Positions 50,020 through 59,213 of a stretch of 64,000 bases of DNA are shown here, in pieces. Origin of the DNA: Candidatus Velthaea sp. (GTDB taxonomy: Bacteria > Vulcanimicrobiota > Vulcanimicrobiia > Vulcanimicrobiales > Vulcanimicrobiaceae); contig JBEKHC010000001.1 of assembly GCA_050012475.1 (NCBI GenBank), forward strand, positions 122,108-186,107, given 5' to 3'. Under the pieces are notes generated by a model that had not been told where the DNA came from, did not search any database, and saw only the letters and a program-made list of their open reading frames with translations. A program made the translations under genes and the position numbers. Position 1 is the first letter of the stretch. Each line of letters begins with the position of its first letter.

Positions 50020-50310
50020 ATGAAAACACTCGCGATTATCGACGTCGCGCCAGATGCACCCATCGAGATCGTCCGGGCCGAGCTCGCGAAAGAGCTCAAA
50101 GGATCCTGGGACCTGTTCGCATCGGGCATTCTTCGCGAAGCGTACGCGACCGCGACGCCGACGCGCGTCGTCTTCATTCTCGAAGTGGAAGACGCAACGC
50201 AAGCCGAAGGGCACCTTCGCAAGCTTCCGCTTATCGCTGGCGGTCTGTTGCGGTTTGAGCTGGTCGAACTTCGGCCATTCGTAAACTGGTCTTTGCTCTT
50301 CGCGTCTTGA
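50020..50310 (+). CDS. Muconolactone-isomerase-like small alpha/beta barrel protein
   Basis: WDLFASGILREAY, VFILE, LPLIAGGLLRFELVELRPF; GGAGG RBS. Confidence 0.65.
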   Translation: MKTLAIIDVAPDAPIEIVRAELAKELKGSWDLFASGILREAYATATPTRVVFILEVEDATQAEGHLRKLPLIAGGLLRFELVELRPFVNWSLLFAS

Positions 50311-50480
50311 TCAGCCGTTCGAAGTTGGCACCGCGAAAGAGTCCCGCGACTTTTGGGGTGGCATGAGATAGCGGCTGGTGGTTTCAGCGACGCATGCACC
50401 CAAAGGTGATCCGCGGCGGCCTTTGCGGCATACGGGCGGCTGCGCGAACGCGAGGCGAGCGGCAACGACATTATAAGGGC

Positions 50481-50785
50481 GGCAGCGGAGAAGCGATGAC
50501 TGCGCTCGAGGTACGCTCGACTGCAGTCAGCGAGATCCTCGCGACGATCGAAGACATCGCGGATCAGACGAATCGACGAATTTGCTGGCCTCACCGCCGC
50601 CATCGAGGCGGCACGCGCCGACAAGCACGGCGGCGTCTTCGCCGTGGTGGCGGACGAGGTCCGCAAGCTTGCGAAGCACGCGGCCGCATCGCCGCGTGAA
50701 AATCGACGGCATCCTGTCTGGATTTCGGAGCGAGACGATGCGCGCGGCGGGCGGAATGCGCACCTCAGCGGAATCGATGAACGGC
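50481..50785 (+). pseudogene. Frameshifted methyl-accepting chemotaxis protein signalling-domain remnant
   Basis: IEDIADQTN / LLA / LTAAIEAARADKHGGVFAVVADEVRKLA / EIDGIL split across frames; GACGAAT duplication. Confidence 0.85.
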
Positions 50786-50902
50786 TGGATCGGGTACGGG
50801 ATGCGAATGCCGAGTTCCACTTTCTTGAAAGGGCGGATTGTCGGCGCTTCTTGAGCCTGACCCGCTATAACGGACGGGTGAGTAGGCCGACGGAATCGCA
50901 CC

Positions 50903-51043
50903 CTCAGCTTCAGAGGCGGTTTCTTTCCAGACCCGACGACGTCGTAGCCGGCCTTTTTAGCGAAGGCGCGCAGATCGCTTTCCTGTCGGGCACCGGTCTG
51001 GTTGGCGGCGGATACCCGGCAATACAGCGCGGCAGACTGTCAT
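50903..51043 (-). pseudogene. Serine recombinase (resolvase) N-terminal remnant
   Basis: AALYCRVSAANQTGARQESDLRAFAKKAGYDVVG/WKETAS with frameshifts; GGAGAG RBS and ATG. Confidence 0.75.
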
Positions 51044-51255
51044 GCTCTCCCAATGCAGCCAGGCCGGCGATTCGGCGTTTGAGCGCCGCAGCGTCTCCCC
51101 GTCGAGCACCGGCTCCGGAACGATGATTCGATCACGCCACTTCACACTTAGATCCGACAACTCTGACTTGAGAGCTCGGCCCGCCTCTAACCGTACGCGG
51201 GTGTGCAGGTAGTGTATGGGCAGCGAAACACGTGCGCGCTCTCACCGAGACGTCG

Positions 51256-51825
51256 CTAAAGACTTCGGCTGATGTCGCACAGCATGTCGGCGTGGATGTT
51301 TAGGCCGATGTTGGTCAGGTTGTAGAGGTGTTCGCTCGCAACGAGCCAGACGATCTCGCAGATCTCGCGTTCGGAGTAATGCCGGGCCATGCGTGCAAAG
51401 GTATCGGGGTCGACCTTCTTGTCGCGGGTCAACTCGGTCACGTAGTCGAGCGCGGCGCGCTCGGCTTCGCTGAAGACGGGATTGGTGCTGTATTCCTCGA
51501 GCGCGTCGAACTTCGCCTGGTTCATCGACGACTTGAGCGTGAACCAACGGCCAATGTCGACGCAGAAGAGGCAGACGTTGATGCGCGCCACGTGCTCGCG
51601 GACGAGCATGACCGTCTCGCGCGGCAAGACCAGCTTCTCGTCGAGCTTCGAGACCTTGCCATAGAACATTCCGAAGGCCGCGGGTAACCGTACGGAATGC
51701 ACTTTCAGCGGGGTCAGCACCTTGCCGAACTGTCTTCGTGTCATGGCGTAGACCAGTTTCATGATCGGTCCCCGCGGGTTTTCGATCGGGGGAAGAAACG
51801 TATCGGTGGTTGGCATGGTCTGCAC
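51256..51825 (-). CDS. Carboxymuconolactone decarboxylase/AhpD-family protein
   Basis: VARINVCLFCVD, FSEAERAALDY, HYSEREI; AAGGAG RBS. Confidence 0.85.
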   Translation of the reverse strand: MQTMPTTDTFLPPIENPRGPIMKLVYAMTRRQFGKVLTPLKVHSVRLPAAFGMFYGKVSKLDEKLVLPRETVMLVREHVARINVCLFCVDIGRWFTLKSSMNQAKFDALEEYSTNPVFSEAERAALDYVTELTRDKKVDPDTFARMARHYSEREICEIVWLVASEHLYNLTNIGLNIHADMLCDISRSL

Positions 51826-51852
51826 GGTTGGGTTCTCCTTACGTACGAGCTC

Positions 51853-52764
51853 TCAGGGCGCTGTGTCCAGCGCGGGCAGATGGGTAAGCTTCTCGCGGTC
51901 GGTGACGATGAACACGCCGTGGATGCGGGCGTTGCGGATGCTAAGGATCAGGACCGAGTACGGCCGACCGTCGAGGTAACTGATGATGCCGGTCTCGCCG
52001 TTGATCGTCGCGGTGCGAATGACGATGCGTTCGGGTAAGCTGCGCGCACCGCCCAAGAGCCCGCGGGCCACCTTGTCCGCCCCGTGAATCACGTTGGGCA
52101 CGGGTGCCGCAGCACCACCGTCGATGTGTAGGACGACGTCGCTCGAGAGCAGTTGCATGAGCCGGTCCACGTCGCCGTTGCGGGCAGCGTCGATGAAGCG
52201 CTCCAGCAGCTCCTGATGTTGGCGCGACGAAACCTCAAAGCGCCGGCGCAGGTCGCCGACGTGCCCGCGCGCGCGGTGGAGGATCTGCCGGTAGCCGGCC
52301 TCACTGTTGCCCAGGCTTTTAGCAACCTCAATATACGTGAAACCGAACACCTCGCGGAGCAGGAAGACCGCGCGCTCCATCGGCGTCAACCGCTCGAGCA
52401 GTACGAAGAGCGCCATCGAGAGCGACTCGTCGACGCGCAAGACGCCGAGCGGATCGTCCTGCAAGTCGGTGACCAGCGGCTCGGGGAGCCACTGACCGAC
52501 GGACTGCTCGCGCCGCACGCGCGCCGATTGCAAATGGTTGATGCACAGACGGCTGACGATCGTAACCAAGAACGCCTTGGGCGAACGGACGTCGGCATCG
52601 GTGGCTTGCTGCCAGCGAATGAAAGCCTCCTGAAGCATGTCTTCGGCATCCGCGACGCTCCCGAGCATACGGTAGGCAATCGAGAAAAGCAGGCGACGGT
52701 GTTGATCGAAAGCCGCAAGGCGGGTGTCGTCCGGGACGTGCTCGGCACCGTTGCTATCCATCAT
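51853..52764 (-). CDS. ECF sigma factor with SnoaL-like extension (ECF41/SigJ-like)
   Basis: IAYRMLGSVADAED, WLPEP, LLERLTPMERAVFLLREVF; followed by CMD gene. Confidence 0.9.
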   Translation of the reverse strand: MMDSNGAEHVPDDTRLAAFDQHRRLLFSIAYRMLGSVADAEDMLQEAFIRWQQATDADVRSPKAFLVTIVSRLCINHLQSARVRREQSVGQWLPEPLVTDLQDDPLGVLRVDESLSMALFVLLERLTPMERAVFLLREVFGFTYIEVAKSLGNSEAGYRQILHRARGHVGDLRRRFEVSSRQHQELLERFIDAARNGDVDRLMQLLSSDVVLHIDGGAAAPVPNVIHGADKVARGLLGGARSLPERIVIRTATINGETGIISYLDGRPYSVLILSIRNARIHGVFIVTDREKLTHLPALDTAP

Positions 52765-53125
52765 CTCACCCTCAAGACCAAGCAGGTCTGCGTTTTGTGC
52801 CGGCGCCCATCATCCGCGTACGCCCACCGCCCGTGAATGGCATCTCAACGCGTGATGTGCTCACCAACCACCTGCTCGTCGCGTGGTCGCACGAACCGCG
52901 CAGATGCACGATGCCGGCTGGCGCACGCTCTGCTACACTCGAACGCCTCTGGAGCAAATTCGCGATGACCTCAGCACTTTGGCGGGCATCATGAGCAGCT
53001 TCCTGGGGACGACTGTTCGATGAACAGAACGGATGCTGCGCGATCTGCTACCGCAAGGAAACAGATTCGGCGCAGGCTTCAGTGACGGCGGCGAGTTTCC
53101 GCTGTTCTGCGATTTTTTGCAGGTC

Positions 53126-53602
53126 TCATTGGCAATCAATCATTTGTCCTGTCGTCGTCGCCTTCATGGTCGTCGTGATCCCAGGCCCAGCTGCACGCTG
53201 CCTCGCGCGAGCTACATCGCATAACTCGCGTTGTATCCGATCGCGACGATCGCCCACAGCATGTGAAGCAAAACCAGCGCATGATACATCGCGTTCATAT
53301 TGCCAATGGGCGATGAGTCCGTCACGCTGCAGGCGGTCCAGCGCATCCTCGACGTACTGGCGGAAGCGGTCGGCGTGGTGCTTGGGAAGTTCGATGCGTG
53401 CCTTGTCGAGCAGCTCGCCGACGCGCCAGATCAGGTTAGGGCCGTTTCCGTCGCGCGGTACATGCATAAACATGATGGCCGACATTAGGCGCATGGCATA
53501 GCGCTGTGTCTCGCGCGCGGCATCATATTGGTCAACGAAGGCGTTGATGCACGAGGATGCTGCGCCGTTCGCGAAATGACGCCGTCGGTGCGTGCCGTCC
53601 AC
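53126..53602 (-). pseudogene. Fragment of a possible mobile-element/plasmid wHTH protein
   Basis: WRVGELLDKARIELP..RFRQYVEDALDRLQRDGLIAHWQYE is protein-like but flanks are degenerate. Confidence 0.3.
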
Positions 53603-53615
53603 CGACCTGAACCGG

Positions 53616-55385
53616 CTAAGGCAATGCGGAACGCAAGCGCCCGATGCGCTCGCCGAGTCCCTCGATGCTCGCGCGGACGCCGGCGATATGTTCGCGTTCG
53701 GTGCGCACGAAACGCAGATACGGGGCGAGCGCGTCGCGCATGTTGCTCAAGGCCGCATCCAATTGTGAGGTGAATTGTTCGCGCATCGCCCCGCCGAGCT
53801 TCTCGCGCAACGCTTCGGATTCGCGCTCGAAGCGCTGCTGCGCCGACCGCCGGCGCGCGGGAATGATATAGAGGCCCAGACCCGCAAGGACGGCGCCGGC
53901 CAGGATGCCGGTGATATCGGCGGTTGCGCCGCCGATCGCGGCGACGACGACGACACCGAGGCCGACTGCTCCGGCGCTGACCAGGCCCGTCTGCGCAACC
54001 GCATCGCGCATGCTCCCGGCGAGCCGTTCGCCCTCGGCCTTGCGGTCGCTGGCTTCGACGATGCGGCGCGCAGAACGGACGGCATCGTTGAGAACGGCGC
54101 GCCGGTCCTGCGCGAACGAGCTGCCGGCGACCGATCCGATCATCCCGCTGCGTTCGGTGCCGCCGTGCCGCGCGAGGAAGTCGGCGATCTCCGTCCACAA
54201 GCGGGCTTGCGCGTCGATCGCCCAGTCAATCGTTTCACGCACGGCGTCGTCGATGCGTTGCGCGCTGTCGCCGACAACGTCGCGCGCGAACTCTTCCTTG
54301 ACTCGGCTGGTATTGATCAAGTCGGGGATGCGCGAGAGACGGATCGTCGTCTCGAAGAATCGCGATGCACGTGCATTCATTTCGAGAATCGTGTTGTCGA
54401 CGCTGGCGCTGCGCGCCGCGAAGTCGCGCAAGATGTCCTCGCGAAACGCGGCGACCTGCCGCTCGAGCGCGGCTTCGGTTTCGGCGTCTTGCACGAGCAC
54501 GTTCTCGCGCGCGCCGACCGCATCGCGAAAGCGTCCGAGCACGCTCTGCGCGATGCCCAGCGGGTTCTCAAGCTTGAGCCGCAGGCGGCTGGTTTCATCG
54601 AGCGTTTCGAAAACATAGGTTCGCAGCGCGGCGAAGCCGCTGAGTCCATCGAGTTGATCGCGCGTCGCTTTATTTTGAATCTCGAGCGCCTGCATCGCCA
54701 AGCGGGCGGAGACGGCGATGACCTGCGGCTCGAAGCCCAACAGCATCCGCGCATTGTCGCGAATGAATGCCGAAAGGGTGTCGATCTGCTCCGGTCCCGT
54801 CAGCAGGTCGGTCTTGTTGAGGACGGCCACGACCGGCTTCCCCCACCCGCGCAAGCGTTCGATGAACGCCCGTTCGCTCTCGGTGAACGGGCGGTCCGCC
54901 GACGTCACGAACAGTGCCAGATCCGCGCGCGGCGCAAACTGTTCGGTGATCTCCTCGTGCTTGCGGATGATGGCGTTCGTGCCGGGCGTGTCGACGATCG
55001 TGATGTGCCGCAAGAACGGCGCCGGATAATCGATTTCTAACATGCCGTCGCGGACGCTGCGCTCGGCGCGCGCATCGCCGTAACGGAACATCGTGACGCT
55101 GACCGTCGTCGGCAGGATGCCTTCCGGGGCGACGCGCTCGCCGACGAGAGCATTGATGACCGATGATTTCCCGGCATTGAACTCGCCGACGACCACCAGC
55201 AAAAACAGCTCGTCGAGCGTGGCCGCCGCCTCCGCGACGGCCCGCAGATCGGCCGAGCGCCGGTCGAACGCCTCGAGCGCGCTGCGCAAATCCGCCAGCA
55301 GCGCGCGTTCGGCGTTGACCAGCGCGCGCTGCTCGTCGCTGAGGACGTCGGCGCCGGCCGTCCGCAAAGCCACCGGATCAGTCAC
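53616..55385 (-). CDS. Bacterial dynamin-like GTPase
   Basis: GEFNAGKS, GILPTT, DTPG, NKTD, long helical stalk and hydrophobic paddle. Confidence 0.9.
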   Translation of the reverse strand: MTDPVALRTAGADVLSDEQRALVNAERALLADLRSALEAFDRRSADLRAVAEAAATLDELFLLVVVGEFNAGKSSVINALVGERVAPEGILPTTVSVTMFRYGDARAERSVRDGMLEIDYPAPFLRHITIVDTPGTNAIIRKHEEITEQFAPRADLALFVTSADRPFTESERAFIERLRGWGKPVVAVLNKTDLLTGPEQIDTLSAFIRDNARMLLGFEPQVIAVSARLAMQALEIQNKATRDQLDGLSGFAALRTYVFETLDETSRLRLKLENPLGIAQSVLGRFRDAVGARENVLVQDAETEAALERQVAAFREDILRDFAARSASVDNTILEMNARASRFFETTIRLSRIPDLINTSRVKEEFARDVVGDSAQRIDDAVRETIDWAIDAQARLWTEIADFLARHGGTERSGMIGSVAGSSFAQDRRAVLNDAVRSARRIVEASDRKAEGERLAGSMRDAVAQTGLVSAGAVGLGVVVVAAIGGATADITGILAGAVLAGLGLYIIPARRRSAQQRFERESEALREKLGGAMREQFTSQLDAALSNMRDALAPYLRFVRTEREHIAGVRASIEGLGERIGRLRSALP

Positions 55386-55546
55386 GAAAGCGCGCTTTCG
55401 CCAAGCGCGAAGGTCACCATTTTCGCTCGCGCAGGGCGTTGCGGGCTAACGCTCCAGCCGGCAGGAACGCCGCCCGAACGCGAGGCCGCGGAGCGTTCGG
55501 CCGCGCTCGCCGGGGGCCCGGAGGCAGCCCGCCACGGCCACCTCGC

Positions 55547-56071
55547 TTACTGCGCCGGGATGGTGAAGCGTACCGGACGAAAACCCGAGTGCGCACCGCA
55601 GGTCGCGCACTGCACGATCAGTTTGACCGGGACGAAATCCTTGTCGACGAGAACCGCGCCCGACTGGCGGCCCGCCGCACCTTGCAGGATATGGATATTC
55701 GCATTTTTGAGGGAGTTCGACGGAATCTCGACGGACACGTCGTCCTTGTCGGCGAGCGTGTATTGCAAGAGATCGATGAACTCGTCGTGGGCCCCATTGC
55801 GCAGCAGGGACTGCATGACGAGCACTTTTTTGTCCGGGGTGGCGGTCAGATCGGATGCGCGTGCTGCTAGTTCGGAATGGTCCGCGTCGGTGGCTTCGCG
55901 CAGCGCGACGATCTTGATTCGCAGCACGCCGTTGAAGACCGTGTCGCCGAGTTTTCCCGATACGGCGCTGACGCCGTTCGCGCCGCCGGGAACGGGCGTC
56001 GGCACGGCCGCGGCCGGCGCGAGCAGCGCTACAAAGAAGCTCAAGGCGAGCCATTTGGTGAGTGAAATCAT
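55547..56071 (-). CDS. Exported hypothetical protein
   Basis: AAGGAGA RBS; signal peptide MISLTKWLALSFFVALLAPAAA; C-terminal CATC. Confidence 0.7.
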   Translation of the reverse strand: MISLTKWLALSFFVALLAPAAAVPTPVPGGANGVSAVSGKLGDTVFNGVLRIKIVALREATDADHSELAARASDLTATPDKKVLVMQSLLRNGAHDEFIDLLQYTLADKDDVSVEIPSNSLKNANIHILQGAAGRQSGAVLVDKDFVPVKLIVQCATCGAHSGFRPVRFTIPAQ

Positions 56072-56282
56072 GCGAATCTCCTTGGTGAAAAAGCGGAAGT
56101 GATGAGCGGACCGAACTCCGCAGTTCACGCGAGCGTCCCGAACCGGCCGGCTCTCGTGCAGCCAGCGTACCAGGCCCGCGTGCGCCGGACGTGCCGTGAC
56201 CCCGGTCCGCTGGCGGGGCGCGCTTTCACCCGGTCCCGCTTCCAGGGCGGAAATTGCTTCGGAACCGGGCAATTCACCGGCT

Positions 56283-57638
56283 ATGTCGGAGACCACAACG
56301 ACCCCTGAAGCGCGCGTCACCATGGAAGAAATCACCGCCCTGGCAAAACGGCGCGGCTTCATCTTCCAATCGAGCGAAATCTACGGCGGCATCGGCGGCT
56401 TCTTCGACTATGGCCCGCTCGGGGCGATCCTCAAGCGAAACGTCAAAGACGCCTGGTGGCGTGAGATCGTCGAGCTGCGCGACGACGTCGTCGCCTTCGA
56501 TTCCTCGATCATCATGCACCCCAACACCTGGGTCGCCTCGGGCCACGTCGCGGCCTTCCACGACAAGCTCGTCGACTGCCGCAATTGCAAACACCGCTTC
56601 CGCGCCGACCACCTCAAGTCGCTCGAGAAATGCCCGGACTGCGGCATGGCCGGCTCGCTCACCGAGCCGCGCAACTTCAACCTCATGATGAAGACGGCAA
56701 TCGGTCCCATGGAAGACTCCGCATCGCAGGCGTACCTGCGCCCGGAAACCGCCCAAGGCATGTTCGTCAACTTCAAAAACATCTATCAGAGCGCGCGCAA
56801 ACGCCCGCCCTTCGGCATCGCCCAAATCGGCAAGTCGTTTCGCAACGAGATCACACCGGGTAATTTTACTTTCCGGGTGCGCGAATTCGAACAGGCCGAA
56901 CTCGAGTATTTCGTCCCCGACGACGGCAACGACATGCGGACCTACGACGAGTGGGTCACCGCGCGCAAACAATGGTACAGCGATTACGGCGTGCGCCCTG
57001 ACCGGCTGCGCTTCTACGAACTCACGCCCGCGGAACGCCCGCACTACGCGCGCGCCGGCACGGACGTCGAATACCTGTTCCCTTGGGGCTGGGGCGAGCT
57101 CGAATCGATCGCGCACCGGGGCACGTACGATCTCGACGCGCACATGACGCTCTCGGGCAAAGACCTCATGTTCTTCGACGAAGCCACCAAGTCCAAGTAC
57201 ACGCCGATCCTCATCGAAAGTTCGGCGGGCATGGACCGGACCACGCTTACCATGCTCATCGATGCCTACGAGAATGAAACGCTCACGGGCGACGACGGCA
57301 AAATCTCGCAGCGCGTGGTCCTGCGCTTTCATCCGAAAATCGCGCCGGTCCAAGTCGCGGTCTTTCCCCTCGCGCGCAACAAAACCAATCTCGTCGATCA
57401 CGCCCAATCGCTGGAGAAAGCGCTGCGCCCGAAGTTCCGCACCCAATACGACGAAGGCAATGTCGGCCAGCTCTATCGCCGCCAAGACGAAATCGGCACC
57501 CCGTTCTGCATCATGGTCGACTACCAAGCGCTCGACGACCACGCGGTCACGGTCCGCAACCGCGACTCGATGAAGCAAGACCGCGTCTCAGAAGACCAGC
57601 TCGCAGCCTACCTCAACGAACATCTCAGCAGCACATAA
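56283..57638 (+). CDS. glyQS: Glycine--tRNA ligase, alpha2 type
   Basis: KRRGFIFQSSEIYGG, YLRPETAQG, GKSFRNEI, YRRQDEIGTP. Confidence 0.97.
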   Translation: MSETTTTPEARVTMEEITALAKRRGFIFQSSEIYGGIGGFFDYGPLGAILKRNVKDAWWREIVELRDDVVAFDSSIIMHPNTWVASGHVAAFHDKLVDCRNCKHRFRADHLKSLEKCPDCGMAGSLTEPRNFNLMMKTAIGPMEDSASQAYLRPETAQGMFVNFKNIYQSARKRPPFGIAQIGKSFRNEITPGNFTFRVREFEQAELEYFVPDDGNDMRTYDEWVTARKQWYSDYGVRPDRLRFYELTPAERPHYARAGTDVEYLFPWGWGELESIAHRGTYDLDAHMTLSGKDLMFFDEATKSKYTPILIESSAGMDRTTLTMLIDAYENETLTGDDGKISQRVVLRFHPKIAPVQVAVFPLARNKTNLVDHAQSLEKALRPKFRTQYDEGNVGQLYRRQDEIGTPFCIMVDYQALDDHAVTVRNRDSMKQDRVSEDQLAAYLNEHLSST

Positions 57639-58172
57639 CCGCCCGAACCAAACTAGCCGAAGCCAGAACGAACAAGCCGTGGCGGGCCGGCGGCGCCGCG
57701 AAGCGGCAAGCCAACGTGCTGCTTCTTTTCGTAGCGGCGTCGCTGAGCGGGGAGCCGACGTTGGTGGTGCGGGGGCTCAAACAATTTCGCGGAGCCAGGA
57801 TGGCGAGAGCGAAATTTTTGGCAGTAGGGATTTCACACGATGTGAAATCCCGGACGTCCCCGCACCACCAACGTCGGCTCCCCGCTCCCCAACTCGCCTC
57901 ACAATTCACCGTCGGACTCATCGCGCAGATAAGACGAGATGAAGTCGATAACATCGCCGGCACCGCTGACGAAGCGGCATTTTCCGGACGAGACCTCGTG
58001 CACGGATTCGCGCCACTGCGGATTGGGAGTTCAACTTTCGCGCTTGAGGCAGGCGCCGCGGACAAGCCGCGGGCTGAATGTCTTGCTGCCGTTCGGGCAG
58101 CGGTCTAACGCCTGACGGATAATCCAATCTGGGGGTTTGCAGCGAAGGGAGAAGGATGGCTTATACTCAGGC

Positions 58173-59072
58173 GTGGCCTTCAATCTCGTCCAACTCGAGA
58201 CGTTCCGGCGCCTCGCGCAAGAGAAGAATTTTACCCGAACCGCGGAGCTCCTGAATCTTACCCAGCCCGCTGTCACCCAGCAGGTCCGGGCACTGCAGAA
58301 TCACTTCGGGGTGCAGCTCGTCGATCTGATCGGCCGGCGCACGGAGCTGACGGACGCCGGCCGCTTTCTGGCCGCACGCGCGGAGCTGCTCTTGGGGAAC
58401 GTCGCGGCGCTCGAACGTGAAATGCGCGAGTTTGCCGACGTGCGCGCGGGCGAACTCCGGATCGGTGCAACGCTGACGATCGGGACGTATTGCCTGCCCG
58501 AGATCGTTGCCCGCTTCCGGGCCGCATTCCCGGGCGTCGTGCTGCGGGTCGAGGTGGAGAACACGCAGGCGATGGGCTTCGCCGTGAAGGCGGGCCGCGT
58601 CAGTCTGGCGCTCGTCGAGGGCCCGCTCGTTGACGACGAACTCGACATCGAACCGTATGCGGATGACGAGCTGGTCCTGGTCGTCCCGCCGGCGCATGCC
58701 CTGACCGCGCGGAAGCAGCCGATTCGCGCCGCCGACCTTGCCGGTGTTCCGTTCGTTTTTCGTGAACAGGGTTCGGGAACGCGCGCCCAGGTCGAGCTGG
58801 CGTTGCTGGCTGCGGGCGTTGCGCCGAGTGTCGCCCTTACGTTGCCGAGCGGCGAAGGGATCGTGCGCGCGGTCGAACTCGGCATCGGCGCTGCGATCCT
58901 CTCGCGCATCGTCGTCGACGCGCCCGTTCGCGCCGGCCGGATCGTGCTGCTCCGCGTGCGCGATCTCGAATTGCGCCGCACCTTTCGCATCGTTCGCTTG
59001 CGCCGCCAAACGCCGTCGCCGGCCGCGCTCGCATTCGCCTTGCTCGCCCGCGAGGGCGGCAATTTCGGATAG
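58173..59072 (+). CDS. LysR-family regulator (CysL/YeiE-like)
   Basis: NFTRTAELLNLTQPAVTQQV, IGATLTIGTY, REQGSGTR. Confidence 0.92.
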   Translation: MAFNLVQLETFRRLAQEKNFTRTAELLNLTQPAVTQQVRALQNHFGVQLVDLIGRRTELTDAGRFLAARAELLLGNVAALEREMREFADVRAGELRIGATLTIGTYCLPEIVARFRAAFPGVVLRVEVENTQAMGFAVKAGRVSLALVEGPLVDDELDIEPYADDELVLVVPPAHALTARKQPIRAADLAGVPFVFREQGSGTRAQVELALLAAGVAPSVALTLPSGEGIVRAVELGIGAAILSRIVVDAPVRAGRIVLLRVRDLELRRTFRIVRLRRQTPSPAALAFALLAREGGNFG

Positions 59073-59213
59073 ACGGCTCGAGCCAAATCACGGCGTAACC
59101 GCGAAACTCGGCGCAGGGCAGCCGTGTCGGAGAAGAATACGCCGAAAAGCACCCCGGAAGGGCGGTACCTTGCTGCCGGCGAGGTTCGTCCCGGCCGGTG
59201 TATCAGGACTGTG

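Noticed and set aside
50790..50895. IS5-like transposase fragment (EFHFLERADCRRFLSL)
   Set aside because: Resemblance is too short and weak, with no terminal repeats
52900..53022. TnpB-like motif MHDAGWRTL
   Set aside because: Only a few residues match; no RuvC or zinc-finger motifs nearby
56072..56282. T-box leader for glyQS
   Set aside because: No T-box consensus or terminator visible
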